DNA of 64,000 bases. Source: Nanobdellota archaeon. GTDB taxonomy: Archaea > Nanobdellota > Nanobdellia > Pacearchaeales > GW2011-AR1. The notes under the pieces were generated by a model. It did no database searches. It saw only the letters and a program-made list of their open reading frames with translations, and was not told where the DNA came from. The stretch spans positions 560 to 64,559 of the forward strand of contig DAOWGX010000015.1 of assembly GCA_030641715.1 (NCBI GenBank), given 5' to 3'. The stretch's first letter is position 1. Every line of letters starts with the position of its first letter. A program made the translations under genes and the position numbers. This document shows positions 55,567 to 64,000 of the stretch, one piece after another.

Positions 55567-57048
55567 CTACCCCTCCAACAACATCCTTTTCAACTTTATC
55601 CCCGTCATCCCTTCCAAGTGTTCCCTCGCCCGAGACCCAAACTTCTCCCCAATCATCCCAAGATATCTCTCACTTGTAAAATACTCGTCAAAAGCATTAT
55701 CCCTAAACTGAAGCACCTCCTTAGAAGAAAGATGATCCGTCGACAACGGTAAAGAATTATAAGAATGTTGAGAATATCCTTGCCAACCAATATCCTTAAA
55801 ATCCTCGGGCAAAGGCACTTTATTCGCAACAGATTCCGTATGCAACTTCGACCCCGGATACGCCATCGCAGAGTAAAAATTCGCCCACTCACAATTCAAT
55901 TCCTTAGCCATCTCCAACGTCTTCCCCATGCTCCCCATATCGTCGTCAGGCAACCCAAAAATATAATTCCCTCCAACATTAATACCATGATTTTTTATTT
56001 CCCCAACAACCCTATATATTTCTTCTTTCTTAAACCGACCCTTAGAAACCTTTCCCCGAACTTCATTATCCCCAGATTCAATACCCAACGCCAACCAATT
56101 TATCCCTGCCTTCTTAAATTTATCAAGATGCTCCTCCTTTGTGGTATCTACTCTCGCATACGTCCAGATATTCAAGCCATAATCCCTTTCTATCAACCCA
56201 TCCACAATTGGCATAAAATGGCTAGGTTTCAAAACGAATATTTCATCAATTAATTTAAGATTTTTAACGTCGTATTTCTTAACCAAAGTATCTATCTGCT
56301 TAAGAGTCCAGTCAGCATCCCAAGACCTATAAGATGGTCCCCCAAATGGTGCATTAATACAACAAAAAGAACACCCAAACGGGCAACCAAGCGTCGTCGA
56401 GAGTGCGGCATAATTCAACCTTGAATCCAAATCATCAAGCACATGCCAGTTATGCGCCTTATACTTATCCATCGGCAACAAATCCCAAGCAACATCATTC
56501 AATTCAGCCGGCAAATTTTTAATCAACTTCGCAGGAGGACCATTCGAAATAACATCCCCATCTCGATACCACAATCCCGGAATCGTATTTAGCGACGCAC
56601 CCTCGAGCAATCCTTCCAATGTATGAAACCCTTCCCCAACAGAAACATAATCCACAGCCTCCTCCCTAAGCGTCTTCCCAGGAAGCGCCGAAGCATGAAT
56701 CCCCGTAAGAACAACTTTCGAATCCAGATTCGCATCATTTATCTTCCTCGACAATTCTCCAATCCCAGTCATCAACGCCGTCGACGCAGAAGGATGTTGT
56801 CCATAACCGACAATATTAATCAACCGAGGAGAACGCTCTTCAATCGTCCGCACCGTTTCATCAAAATCCAGATTCTCGGCATTCGCATCCAAAATATCAA
56901 CAGAGTAATCCTTTTTTTGCATATAAGAAGCCGTCAACGCAGCCCAAAACGGAGGCTCTATCGCAGAATAATCACTACTCAAATCCTGATATATCTTCTT
57001 TCTCGTCCCGCCGACATTAACGAACAGTAAGTCTAAGTCTTTTGACAT
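55567..57048 (-). CDS. Cobalamin-binding (class B) radical SAM enzyme.
   Basis: An N-terminal B12-binding Rossmann-like region is followed by CPFGCSFC (CxxxCxxC) and a radical SAM core. The gene is markedly GC-richer than its flanks. Confidence 0.75.
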   Translation of the reverse strand: MSKDLDLLFVNVGGTRKKIYQDLSSDYSAIEPPFWAALTASYMQKKDYSVDILDANAENLDFDETVRTIEERSPRLINIVGYGQHPSASTALMTGIGELSRKINDANLDSKVVLTGIHASALPGKTLREEAVDYVSVGEGFHTLEGLLEGASLNTIPGLWYRDGDVISNGPPAKLIKNLPAELNDVAWDLLPMDKYKAHNWHVLDDLDSRLNYAALSTTLGCPFGCSFCCINAPFGGPSYRSWDADWTLKQIDTLVKKYDVKNLKLIDEIFVLKPSHFMPIVDGLIERDYGLNIWTYARVDTTKEEHLDKFKKAGINWLALGIESGDNEVRGKVSKGRFKKEEIYRVVGEIKNHGINVGGNYIFGLPDDDMGSMGKTLEMAKELNCEWANFYSAMAYPGSKLHTESVANKVPLPEDFKDIGWQGYSQHSYNSLPLSTDHLSSKEVLQFRDNAFDEYFTSERYLGMIGEKFGSRAREHLEGMTGIKLKRMLLEG

Positions 57049-57127
57049 TTCGATTTTTAGCTTTTACACTATATATTTATATGTGTGATTTAACACAACT
57101 TGTAAAATTAAGAGGTAACCTATGTAC

Positions 57128-57772
57128 TCAAATATTTTTGATAAGCTCTAATGATTTTAAATCCTTAAACTCATTAATAAAGATATCTGCGTCACTCAAA
57201 TTATTTTCTTGCAATGTTGATCCGATTGCAATGCAAAATGCGTTGGCTGCCTTAGCAGATTTAACACCAAGAGGTGCATTTTCAATAACAACACTTTCAT
57301 TAGGATTTAAATTTAGTTTTTTCATTGCATTTAGATATGGATCAGGATTAGGTTTCCCTTTCTCTGTGTCATCTCCAGATATCAAACAATCGAACTTATT
57401 CAAGAATTCCAACGGAAGAGTTTTATGAAGCTTTTCGTGTGGACTTGCAGAAACTATTGCTATTAACATTCCCTTAGATTTCAAAAAATCAATTAATTCC
57501 ATTACACCCTCATAAAAATTAACTGTATGATTTTTACGATAAAATTGATTTTTAAATTCGACCAATCTTATAAAATCTTCTTCTGCGATATTTTTCCCTA
57601 CACTAAGGGTTTTTGCAATCTCAATTAATTTCATTCCCTCTAGTATAAAATATTCCTCTTTTTGTATCGATTCCCCATATTGCTCAAACGCATTCGCCCA
57701 TGCAAGAAAATTATCTTCCATACTTTTAATGAGAACTCCATCCAAATCGAACAATATGCCTTTTACTCTCAT
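57128..57772 (-). CDS. HAD-superfamily hydrolase IA (beta-phosphoglucomutase/phosphatase-like).
   Basis: ILFDLDGVLIKS (motif I), VSAS and ENAPLGVKSAKAANA. Confidence 0.8.
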   Translation of the reverse strand: MRVKGILFDLDGVLIKSMEDNFLAWANAFEQYGESIQKEEYFILEGMKLIEIAKTLSVGKNIAEEDFIRLVEFKNQFYRKNHTVNFYEGVMELIDFLKSKGMLIAIVSASPHEKLHKTLPLEFLNKFDCLISGDDTEKGKPNPDPYLNAMKKLNLNPNESVVIENAPLGVKSAKAANAFCIAIGSTLQENNLSDADIFINEFKDLKSLELIKNI

Positions 57773-57773
57773 G

Positions 57774-58535
57774 CTAATCTAAATCAAAAATGTTTCTTTG
57801 AATATTTATAATTCTAATGTCTTTTCCCATTTTCATATCGTCCCTAAAATTTATTTTCTCATAGTTAAAAATATCTCCAGGCTGATGAACAATTTTTTCA
57901 TCTATCTCAATTTCTCCAGATATTAAAATATTTATCAATCTTTTATTTATATGTAAATAATTTTTAACAGATTCTATATCTTCAAATTTTTTTATTGAAA
58001 TACTCATGTTTCCAAATTTTTTATGAAGATCGTCACCCTTAAGAAACGTCCGTTCATATTTTGATAAATCGAAACACATCTCTTTTTTTAACTCATATCC
58101 CCTTTTTTCCCTTCCATAATTATCCTTTAATCTTAATAAATCTGTCTTCTGTGGAGGACTCTCAAGTTCCATTACCATTGCTCCATTTTTTGATATCGCT
58201 GTAGTCGAATGGAATTTTCCTTTTTCAAATACAATAACATCACCTTCTTCTAGCTCAAAGTTTTTATCTAAGGTGGATACGCTAACTTCCCCAGATAGAA
58301 CGATAAGGATTGTTTTTTTATTCGCATGACAATGCATAGAAGTCATATTTCCATTATTTAAATGGAGAATCCATATATCAGTCATCTCCCCCTTATAAGC
58401 AAGATACTCTCGTCCCCAAGGTTTTATAACTATAGCCTCCGAAAAGTCAAAATTATCAAGTTCCTTGTTAAAAGATTCCGGAATTTTTGAAATACACTGT
58501 GCATCTATTTCCGTTGTAAACGTTTCATGTATCAT
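57774..58535 (-). CDS. Bicupin protein (phosphomannose-isomerase-type cupin_2-like).
   Basis: The first cupin is KPWGREYL...HLNNGNMTSMHCHANKKTILIVLSGE. The second is INILISGEIEI...QPGDIF. Confidence 0.55.
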   Translation of the reverse strand: MIHETFTTEIDAQCISKIPESFNKELDNFDFSEAIVIKPWGREYLAYKGEMTDIWILHLNNGNMTSMHCHANKKTILIVLSGEVSVSTLDKNFELEEGDVIVFEKGKFHSTTAISKNGAMVMELESPPQKTDLLRLKDNYGREKRGYELKKEMCFDLSKYERTFLKGDDLHKKFGNMSISIKKFEDIESVKNYLHINKRLINILISGEIEIDEKIVHQPGDIFNYEKINFRDDMKMGKDIRIINIQRNIFDLD

Positions 58536-59062
58536 TTTTCCACTTCAAATAGTTCGATGGTTTTTTTCATCCAATCTCCAAGATACTTATAATGTGGACA
58601 AGAAATAATATTCCCATCTACAACAAAAGGTGCATCAACATACTCTGCTCCAGAATTATTAATATCATCTTTAATACTATAGTACCCAGATATTTTTCTG
58701 CCTTTTACAACATTTGATGAGATTAACATCTGCGCCCCGTGACAGATACTCGATATAAGCTTACTTTCACTATTCCATTTACTGATAAAATTTAGAACTC
58801 CCTCTTCTTGCCTTAATTTCTCCATGCATTTTGCTCCACCAGGAACAACTAATAAATCATAATCTTCAATTCTCATATCATCATAATCAATTACCTTAGC
58901 ATCTTTGTCCGAAGGTATCGCTGTGCCTAAAATTCCAACACATTTTTTTGCATCTTTCAACGCAGTAGTTACTTCGAAACCATCTTCCTTTAATCGATAA
59001 TAAGGATAAATAAATTCGTGATCTTGTACTAATGCTCCAGTTATTAACAATGCTTTTTTCAT
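58532..59062 (-). CDS. DJ-1/PfpI family protein (class I glutamine amidotransferase-like).
   Basis: ALLITGALVQDHEFIYPYYRL...ICHGAQMLISS carries the nucleophile-elbow Cys. Confidence 0.8.
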   Translation of the reverse strand: MKKALLITGALVQDHEFIYPYYRLKEDGFEVTTALKDAKKCVGILGTAIPSDKDAKVIDYDDMRIEDYDLLVVPGGAKCMEKLRQEEGVLNFISKWNSESKLISSICHGAQMLISSNVVKGRKISGYYSIKDDINNSGAEYVDAPFVVDGNIISCPHYKYLGDWMKKTIELFEVEK

Positions 59063-59149
59063 ACAATTTTTTAGAGAGGTTTGCTTTTAAAGTTTTTGAT
59101 TAACTAAATATTCATAAAGGAATGGAGAGTATAAAAAATAGGTGAAGAT

Positions 59150-59653
59150 ATGCAAGAAGGAGTGGGAATCATAGTTACAAATGAAACAAGGGATAAATTT
59201 TATGTGCAGCAAAAAGATGAAGAGTATTGGATTAAGGAGTATAGATTAAAACATTGTTTTTTTGGAGGGGGGATAGAGTTAAATGAAAAAAAACTAAATG
59301 CCTTGGAAAGAGAATTAAATGAAGAGTTAACGAATGGGGTTGCAGAAGTTATCTATAAAAATTCAAAAGAAATATTTAATACTTCTTTTGTAAATACTCT
59401 CGGACAAAGCTGTAAATATTTCTTATATGAATCTATATTAACTGAAAAAAGATTAAGGGATATTTCTAAGAGACCTGTAATGGAAGGAAAATGTGGAATT
59501 TTAATAAAAAGAGAAAATCTCAACGAATACAACTTTTTTAATGAAACTTGGAAATTATTAGAACAATACATATATAATAATTCAAAGGATATGAAAGACT
59601 CTTTTTGTAATTCATTGGTATCTAATTTTGATTTCCAAAAAAGGACTATTTAA
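59150..59653 (+). CDS. NUDIX hydrolase.
   Basis: The Nudix box is GGGIELNEKKLNALERELNEEL (GX5EX7REUXEEXGU). Confidence 0.7.
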   Translation: MQEGVGIIVTNETRDKFYVQQKDEEYWIKEYRLKHCFFGGGIELNEKKLNALERELNEELTNGVAEVIYKNSKEIFNTSFVNTLGQSCKYFLYESILTEKRLRDISKRPVMEGKCGILIKRENLNEYNFFNETWKLLEQYIYNNSKDMKDSFCNSLVSNFDFQKRTI

Positions 59654-59655
59654 AT

Positions 59656-60564
59656 TTAGCTTCTTAACAGAATCAACTCCCTCACTTTTTCAACAATTTT
59701 CTTCGTAGTCGGAGTTCCATTCTCATATCTTTCAGCAGTTCCTACAGATCTATCTCCTGCACCTAACGCCTCAACATAAATCTTTGTTTGTTTCATCAAC
59801 TCATACGCTACAGACTGAGATGCCCCAGATATTTCAAACCCTGAATCAACTACAAGTCCTAATTTTGACTGTTTAAGCGGATTTAAAATTCGTTCTGACA
59901 AGTCCAATGGCTTTAGCCATAAGATATTTATAAAATTACATTTTATTCCTTCTCTCGTTAACACATCCGTAGCTTCTTTCACTTTAAATCTAGAATATCC
60001 TATTCCATAGACGGTTATTTGAGCATCCTGATGAATAACATTAGGCATTTCTTCTACTTGATTAAAACTATGCCTATGTTCGCTAACAAACATCGGATCT
60101 TCTCCTGCGAGATAATTTTTCCATACTTCTTCATATTCTCCCGGAGTCATTGGAGAACAAACCTTAAATCCAGGGACATGCATAAATATACTATGTGTTA
60201 TTCCTGAATGAACTGGGCCGGTCCCTTTTTTTTCAGTGGCAAGTGCCCGAATAAAAACAGGAGAACTAACCCCAAATATATCTTTTGATTTTGCAGAGTA
60301 ATTAATTAACATACTTGAATTTAAAAACATGAAATCTTGAAATCTCACTACAAAAATAGGTCTTCGACCAACAATCGCACAACCCGTTGCGATTCCTCCT
60401 CCCGCAACATCAGTCATTGGAAGTTCTACGATATTTTTTGTATCTGGAACAGTATTATTTACCCAGCCTACAGCACTTAGACATTGCCCCAAAATTATTC
60501 CATTATTATTCTCCAAATGTTTTCGAGTAAGCTCCCTTATTGTTTCTGCAAGTGTTTTTTCCAT
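59656..60564 (-). CDS. TPP-dependent dehydrogenase E1 beta-like subunit (transketolase-like Pyr and C-terminal domains).
   Basis: ILGQCLSAVGW...MTDVAGGGIATGCAIVGRRPIFVVRFQDFMF...CSPMTPGE follows the E1-beta/transketolase C-terminal pattern. Confidence 0.65.
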   Translation of the reverse strand: MEKTLAETIRELTRKHLENNNGIILGQCLSAVGWVNNTVPDTKNIVELPMTDVAGGGIATGCAIVGRRPIFVVRFQDFMFLNSSMLINYSAKSKDIFGVSSPVFIRALATEKKGTGPVHSGITHSIFMHVPGFKVCSPMTPGEYEEVWKNYLAGEDPMFVSEHRHSFNQVEEMPNVIHQDAQITVYGIGYSRFKVKEATDVLTREGIKCNFINILWLKPLDLSERILNPLKQSKLGLVVDSGFEISGASQSVAYELMKQTKIYVEALGAGDRSVGTAERYENGTPTTKKIVEKVRELILLRS

Positions 60565-61418
60565 AGCTCCTCCATTTCAATTTTAGTTTTTTCTTGTATC
60601 TTGAATATTTCCGATTGAGAAATTCCTCTTTTTAACAATCCCTCTTCAAATATTTCTAATCTATCTTCGTGAGGAGATCCATCTTGACCTGTACCTACAT
60701 GCCACCTATGTCTACATGTTCTACAATTAATGAATGCTGGAAGATTTGTTTTAAGATTGTTTACTGTAGAGATAATTAATTCAGGGTCATCACATATATC
60801 CTCACAAGGCATACCTACAGCCCTTAGTGCATCTGTCAATTCCCAATTCCGTCTTTCTGATTTTTTCGTCAAAATTGAAAGGTCGTTATCTTCACATATA
60901 AATAATATTGGCAATTTATTTGTTGCCGCAAATGCCATTGCTGTGAAAACATAGTCTTCTTCCGCAGCCCCATCGCCGAAAACACATAGAACAGATTTGT
61001 TTTTTGCTCCAAGTGCTGCACCAACTGCAAGTGGAACGTTTTCTCCAATCAGTCCGTGATGCCCAAACATTCCTATTTCGAAATCCTGTACTCCTGGAGA
61101 TCCACCTTTCCCTTTTGTACATCCTCCATCTCTCCCAAGCAATTCTTCAACTAATTTATCCTTATTTCCCCCAAATGCTATATATGTTGAATGGGCTCTA
61201 TGCTGTGTAAATATAAGGTTTGGATTAAAACTCGATGATACTGATGCAGATATCGCCTCTTGCCCAATAGATAAATAAACAGGGCACAGAATATCTTGTT
61301 CATCATACGCTTTTTTTACTTGCTTTTCGAAATTTCGGATAGAACACATTTTCTCAAAGATATCTAACATTACTTTTTGGTTAAAACTTTCACCTTTCAA
61401 CAGATTGTAATACTCCAT
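60537..61418 (-). CDS. TPP-dependent dehydrogenase E1 alpha-like subunit (E1_dh family).
   Basis: CPVYLSIGQEAISA...HRAH...GKGGSPG...VFGDGAAEEDYVFTAMAFAATNKLPILFICEDN matches the TPP-binding GDG...N motif of E1 alpha. Confidence 0.65.
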   Translation of the reverse strand: MEYYNLLKGESFNQKVMLDIFEKMCSIRNFEKQVKKAYDEQDILCPVYLSIGQEAISASVSSSFNPNLIFTQHRAHSTYIAFGGNKDKLVEELLGRDGGCTKGKGGSPGVQDFEIGMFGHHGLIGENVPLAVGAALGAKNKSVLCVFGDGAAEEDYVFTAMAFAATNKLPILFICEDNDLSILTKKSERRNWELTDALRAVGMPCEDICDDPELIISTVNNLKTNLPAFINCRTCRHRWHVGTGQDGSPHEDRLEIFEEGLLKRGISQSEIFKIQEKTKIEMEELWKKHLQKQ

Positions 61419-61659
61419 AGAACCAAGGTCATAAATCTATTTAAATAGTTTTATGTGTTCTATATCCTTCTTTTTCAGTTGAGTAAATATGAATCTTTTT
61501 CCTGAGGGGGTTTTCGAAAGTAGTCCTAAAATAGTATCTCTATCTTCAAATCTTAAACTGATTAAGGGTATCTAATAAATTATCAAAAAAACTAATGTTG
61601 ATTCTGAACAAGGGTAGAGCTCTCCTTATAATCATCCTTCTTAATCTCTTCAACTGGTT

Positions 61660-63102
61660 TTATTCCAATCCCAATTTTTTATTAGTTAAAAATCTATTTT
61701 GACCCTTATCTATACATTTCATTAATCTATTAACTGTAGCCATAGCCCCCTCTATCCCAAATTTTTTAATTATGGCTTCCCACCTCCACGGGGCCAAAGA
61801 AATACTAGCAAAAGCCTCATTTTGCAAATCAATCAAATCTTCAGGGGAAAGGTCGCCGACCTGCATTACTGCCGCATTATATCTCCTATAATTTGAAAAA
61901 TCCTCAGTTACTAACCTTAATCCATTTTCATGATTTTTTGCCATTTTGTAGAGTTCCGTCCCAGGATAAGGAACTGCGATACTTATATTTGCTTGTCTGA
62001 TCTCCTTTGATTCCCTCAAATATTTCAGAGTTTCTCTAATAGTTTCTTCGGTTTCTCCAGGCAACCCAATCATACAAGAATTAAGTGTTTCAATTCCATA
62101 TTTATTAGTGAGTTTATTTGCAATTCCATAACTCTCTAGTGGAATCTGTTTTCTAATTGTCTTTCTAATGTCTTTATTAACAGATTCAAGACCAAAAGAT
62201 AACCTAATTAATCCAGCATCTCTCATTTTTTTTATTAATCCTTCATCAACTAGATTTGCTCTTGTGCTACCTTCAAAAGTGATATTAAGATTAGAATCAA
62301 TGATTTTATCACAAATATCAGAAATATGTTTTTTATTAAGGGTTAAAGTATCATCTAAAAACATAAAATGCTCTATTGAATATTTTTTAACACATTCTTC
62401 CATTTCCTTAACAACTTTTTCAGGATCTCTCCTCCTAGTATCATTTCCAAAAACTTTAGTACTACAAAAAATACACTTATAAGGACAACCCCTCACAGTC
62501 ATGATGGAGGTCATTTTTTTCCGACCTTCTAATGTTCCGAGAGTATAATTATCATGATTTAGCAAATGTCTTGCAGGAACTGGTAAAGAATTTATATCCT
62601 GTACAGGCTCACAAGGACCTGTGAGTTTAACCCTACTTTGTTCTCTGTAAAGAATCCCCCCAATATCTTTTATATCCCTATTTTTATCAAGAGCATCTAA
62701 AAATTTAGACCAAGAAACTTCAGCTTCTCCAATGAATCCATAATCAAAAGGACTATTAAATACCTTTTCCTTTAAAACAGTTATATGGGCCCCTCCGATA
62801 GTAATGGGGGTCTGAGATCTTTGTTTTAATTTACTTGCGAGATCTGTAGCAATATGGTAAAAAGGAGTTGTTGCGGTAATCCCAATCAAATCAGGATTAT
62901 ATTTTGAGGTCTGATCTACCATACATTCCAAAGATAATCCCTCACTTTCCCCATCAAGAATTCGTACTTCATGACCTTTCTCCTCGGCAATTGCACCCAA
63001 ATAAGCCAAACCTAATGGAGGCCATGTAGCCCCCTTTTTAGCAAAATGAGAAATATTACCATAATCTCCCGTCCAAGAAGGATATAACAATGAAATTTTC
63101 AT
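61660..63102 (-). CDS. Cobalamin-binding (class B) radical SAM enzyme.
   Basis: The N-terminal B12-binding region (GLAYLGAIAEEKGHEVRILDG) and CPYKCIFC precede the radical SAM core. Size is 480 aa. Confidence 0.8.
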   Translation of the reverse strand: MKISLLYPSWTGDYGNISHFAKKGATWPPLGLAYLGAIAEEKGHEVRILDGESEGLSLECMVDQTSKYNPDLIGITATTPFYHIATDLASKLKQRSQTPITIGGAHITVLKEKVFNSPFDYGFIGEAEVSWSKFLDALDKNRDIKDIGGILYREQSRVKLTGPCEPVQDINSLPVPARHLLNHDNYTLGTLEGRKKMTSIMTVRGCPYKCIFCSTKVFGNDTRRRDPEKVVKEMEECVKKYSIEHFMFLDDTLTLNKKHISDICDKIIDSNLNITFEGSTRANLVDEGLIKKMRDAGLIRLSFGLESVNKDIRKTIRKQIPLESYGIANKLTNKYGIETLNSCMIGLPGETEETIRETLKYLRESKEIRQANISIAVPYPGTELYKMAKNHENGLRLVTEDFSNYRRYNAAVMQVGDLSPEDLIDLQNEAFASISLAPWRWEAIIKKFGIEGAMATVNRLMKCIDKGQNRFLTNKKLGLE

Positions 63103-63166
63103 GATTTAGGACCAATTAAGAGTTTTATAAACTTTATTATACTAAAGTTTATCCAAGTTCCTAAAT

Positions 63167-64000
63167 CTATCTAAATATTTTTATATGGTCTAGATACTTC
63201 TTTCTCAACTGTGCAAATATAAACCTCTTCCCAGAAACAGCCTCCAAAAACAAACCATAAACAAATACCATAAATTTTACAGGATGTTTCCTCAACGAAT
63301 AAAGAACCCTTGGAAAATAATAAGTAAAAAACATTTCAGAATTTTTATCAAATTCCTTGCCAAAAAAACCTTTTCTAAAACTAACAATTTTCACCAAAGG
63401 AACTGGGACAAGCACAGTATTTTTTTTATTAGAAAACGTAATCCTCTCAGAGAAATAATCTTTCCTTATCTTTTCAAAATTATTTACAAAGAATTTCTTC
63501 GTCATAAAAAATTGATTAATATTTAAAAATTTAGAGTAGTCAGCGTCAAGATATTTAATCCCTGGAGAAAATCTGAAATAAGAATAATTCCCCAAAATTC
63601 TTGAATAAATAAAATAATCGCAACAACTAACCTCTTTCCCAGTTAATTTTAAAGAATATATCTGTAAATTATTTTTTAATTTGGAGTGGATTGTCTTACT
63701 TCTTGAAAAGGAAATATATTCGTAAGATTTTATTATCTGAAACAATTCCTTTTTAGATAATCGCATATGTTTTTCTTCGAGATTTAAAACTCGATAGTCG
63801 TATTTTGGCATATCCAAATGTGAGATATTATCTTTTGTCCTAATAATAAAATTACTAAGATCTTTTTCAAGATTAAAATTTTTCTTTATTTTTTTGTATG
63901 CTGCTTCAGCTATTTTTTCCCTCTCTTTCTCGTGTTCTAAATAATATTCTATTTTTTCAAAAAGCTCTTTTCGAGACCTAAAAAAAACAATTTCCTCATT
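63167..64000 (-). CDS. C-terminal part of a larger protein. The frame is open to the window end: the upstream segment resembles a GT4 glycosyltransferase C-terminus and is followed by a 216-aa C-terminal domain of unknown function.
   Basis: The reverse-strand frame is continuous from 64000. The upstream portion reads ...RSRKELFEKIEYYLEHEKEREKIAEAAYKKIKKNF..., a GT4-like C-terminal helix. The ORF-track Met at 63817 is internal. Confidence 0.4.
   Translation of the reverse strand, partial: NEEIVFFRSRKELFEKIEYYLEHEKEREKIAEAAYKKIKKNFNLEKDLSNFIIRTKDNISHLDMPKYDYRVLNLEEKHMRLSKKELFQIIKSYEYISFSRSKTIHSKLKNNLQIYSLKLTGKEVSCCDYFIYSRILGNYSYFRFSPGIKYLDADYSKFLNINQFFMTKKFFVNNFEKIRKDYFSERITFSNKKNTVLVPVPLVKIVSFRKGFFGKEFDKNSEMFFTYYFPRVLYSLRKHPVKFMVFVYGLFLEAVSGKRFIFAQLRKKYLDHIKIFR

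Noticed and set aside
55765-57030. Arg-rich plus-strand ORFs of 162 aa and 135 aa.
   Set aside because: They are antisense to the GC-richer B12 radical SAM gene. The Arg/Pro-rich low-complexity translation is a compositional artefact.
1-64000. A search for CRISPR arrays, rRNA genes and long direct repeats.
   Set aside because: No regularly spaced repeat-spacer structure and no rRNA-like GC-rich structured region was seen. The only tandem repeat is the 12-mer duplication at 49071-49094.

Overview
The window is an AT-rich archaeal chromosome segment. The calls for archaeal-type ribosomal protein operons (L1-L10-L12, and L3 through L15-SecY with SUI1, S4e, L32e, L19e), aIF5A, L40e, Taw1 and an AglB/STT3 oligosaccharyltransferase come from motifs I recognised in the translations. 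The overall low GC and the small, compact genes suggest a small-genome (DPANN-like) archaeon, but that is inference. The first ~33 kb is largely housekeeping. It holds a partial ftsZ, FKBP and cyclophilin PPIases, a site-2 protease, two tandem tRNA-Ser genes beside a RelE-type toxin-antitoxin pair, an AMP phosphorylase and an eIF2B-family isomerase. It also holds two ribosomal protein clusters that carry several unexpected inserted genes: a CheY-like receiver between L1 and L10, a Cys-rich ORF between L3 and L4, small ORFs after S17 and S14, and a CDA-fold deaminase between L15 and SecY. From about 33.2 kb to the window end lies a ~30 kb glycosylation and sugar-modification island built around aglB. 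It contains a GPT (AglH-like), a radical SAM/SPASM enzyme, AglB, eukaryote-type GT families (GT11 fucosyltransferase, GT17-like, GT92-like), GT4, GT26 and HlpA-like transferases, FkbM and class I methyltransferases, an SDR epimerase, a HAD + nucleotidyltransferase + GDPD trio, two tandem pol-beta nucleotidyltransferase paralogs, an IS200-type transposase, several frameshifted or decayed genes, two cobalamin-dependent radical SAM enzymes and a TPP-dependent E1 alpha/beta pair. The most novel-looking part is the far-right minus-strand operon (B12-rSAM + E1alpha/E1beta + GT; DJ-1 + bicupin + HAD + B12-rSAM + GT26 + GT4), which looks like a pathway for an unusual C-alkylated or branched sugar. No CRISPR array or rRNA was seen.
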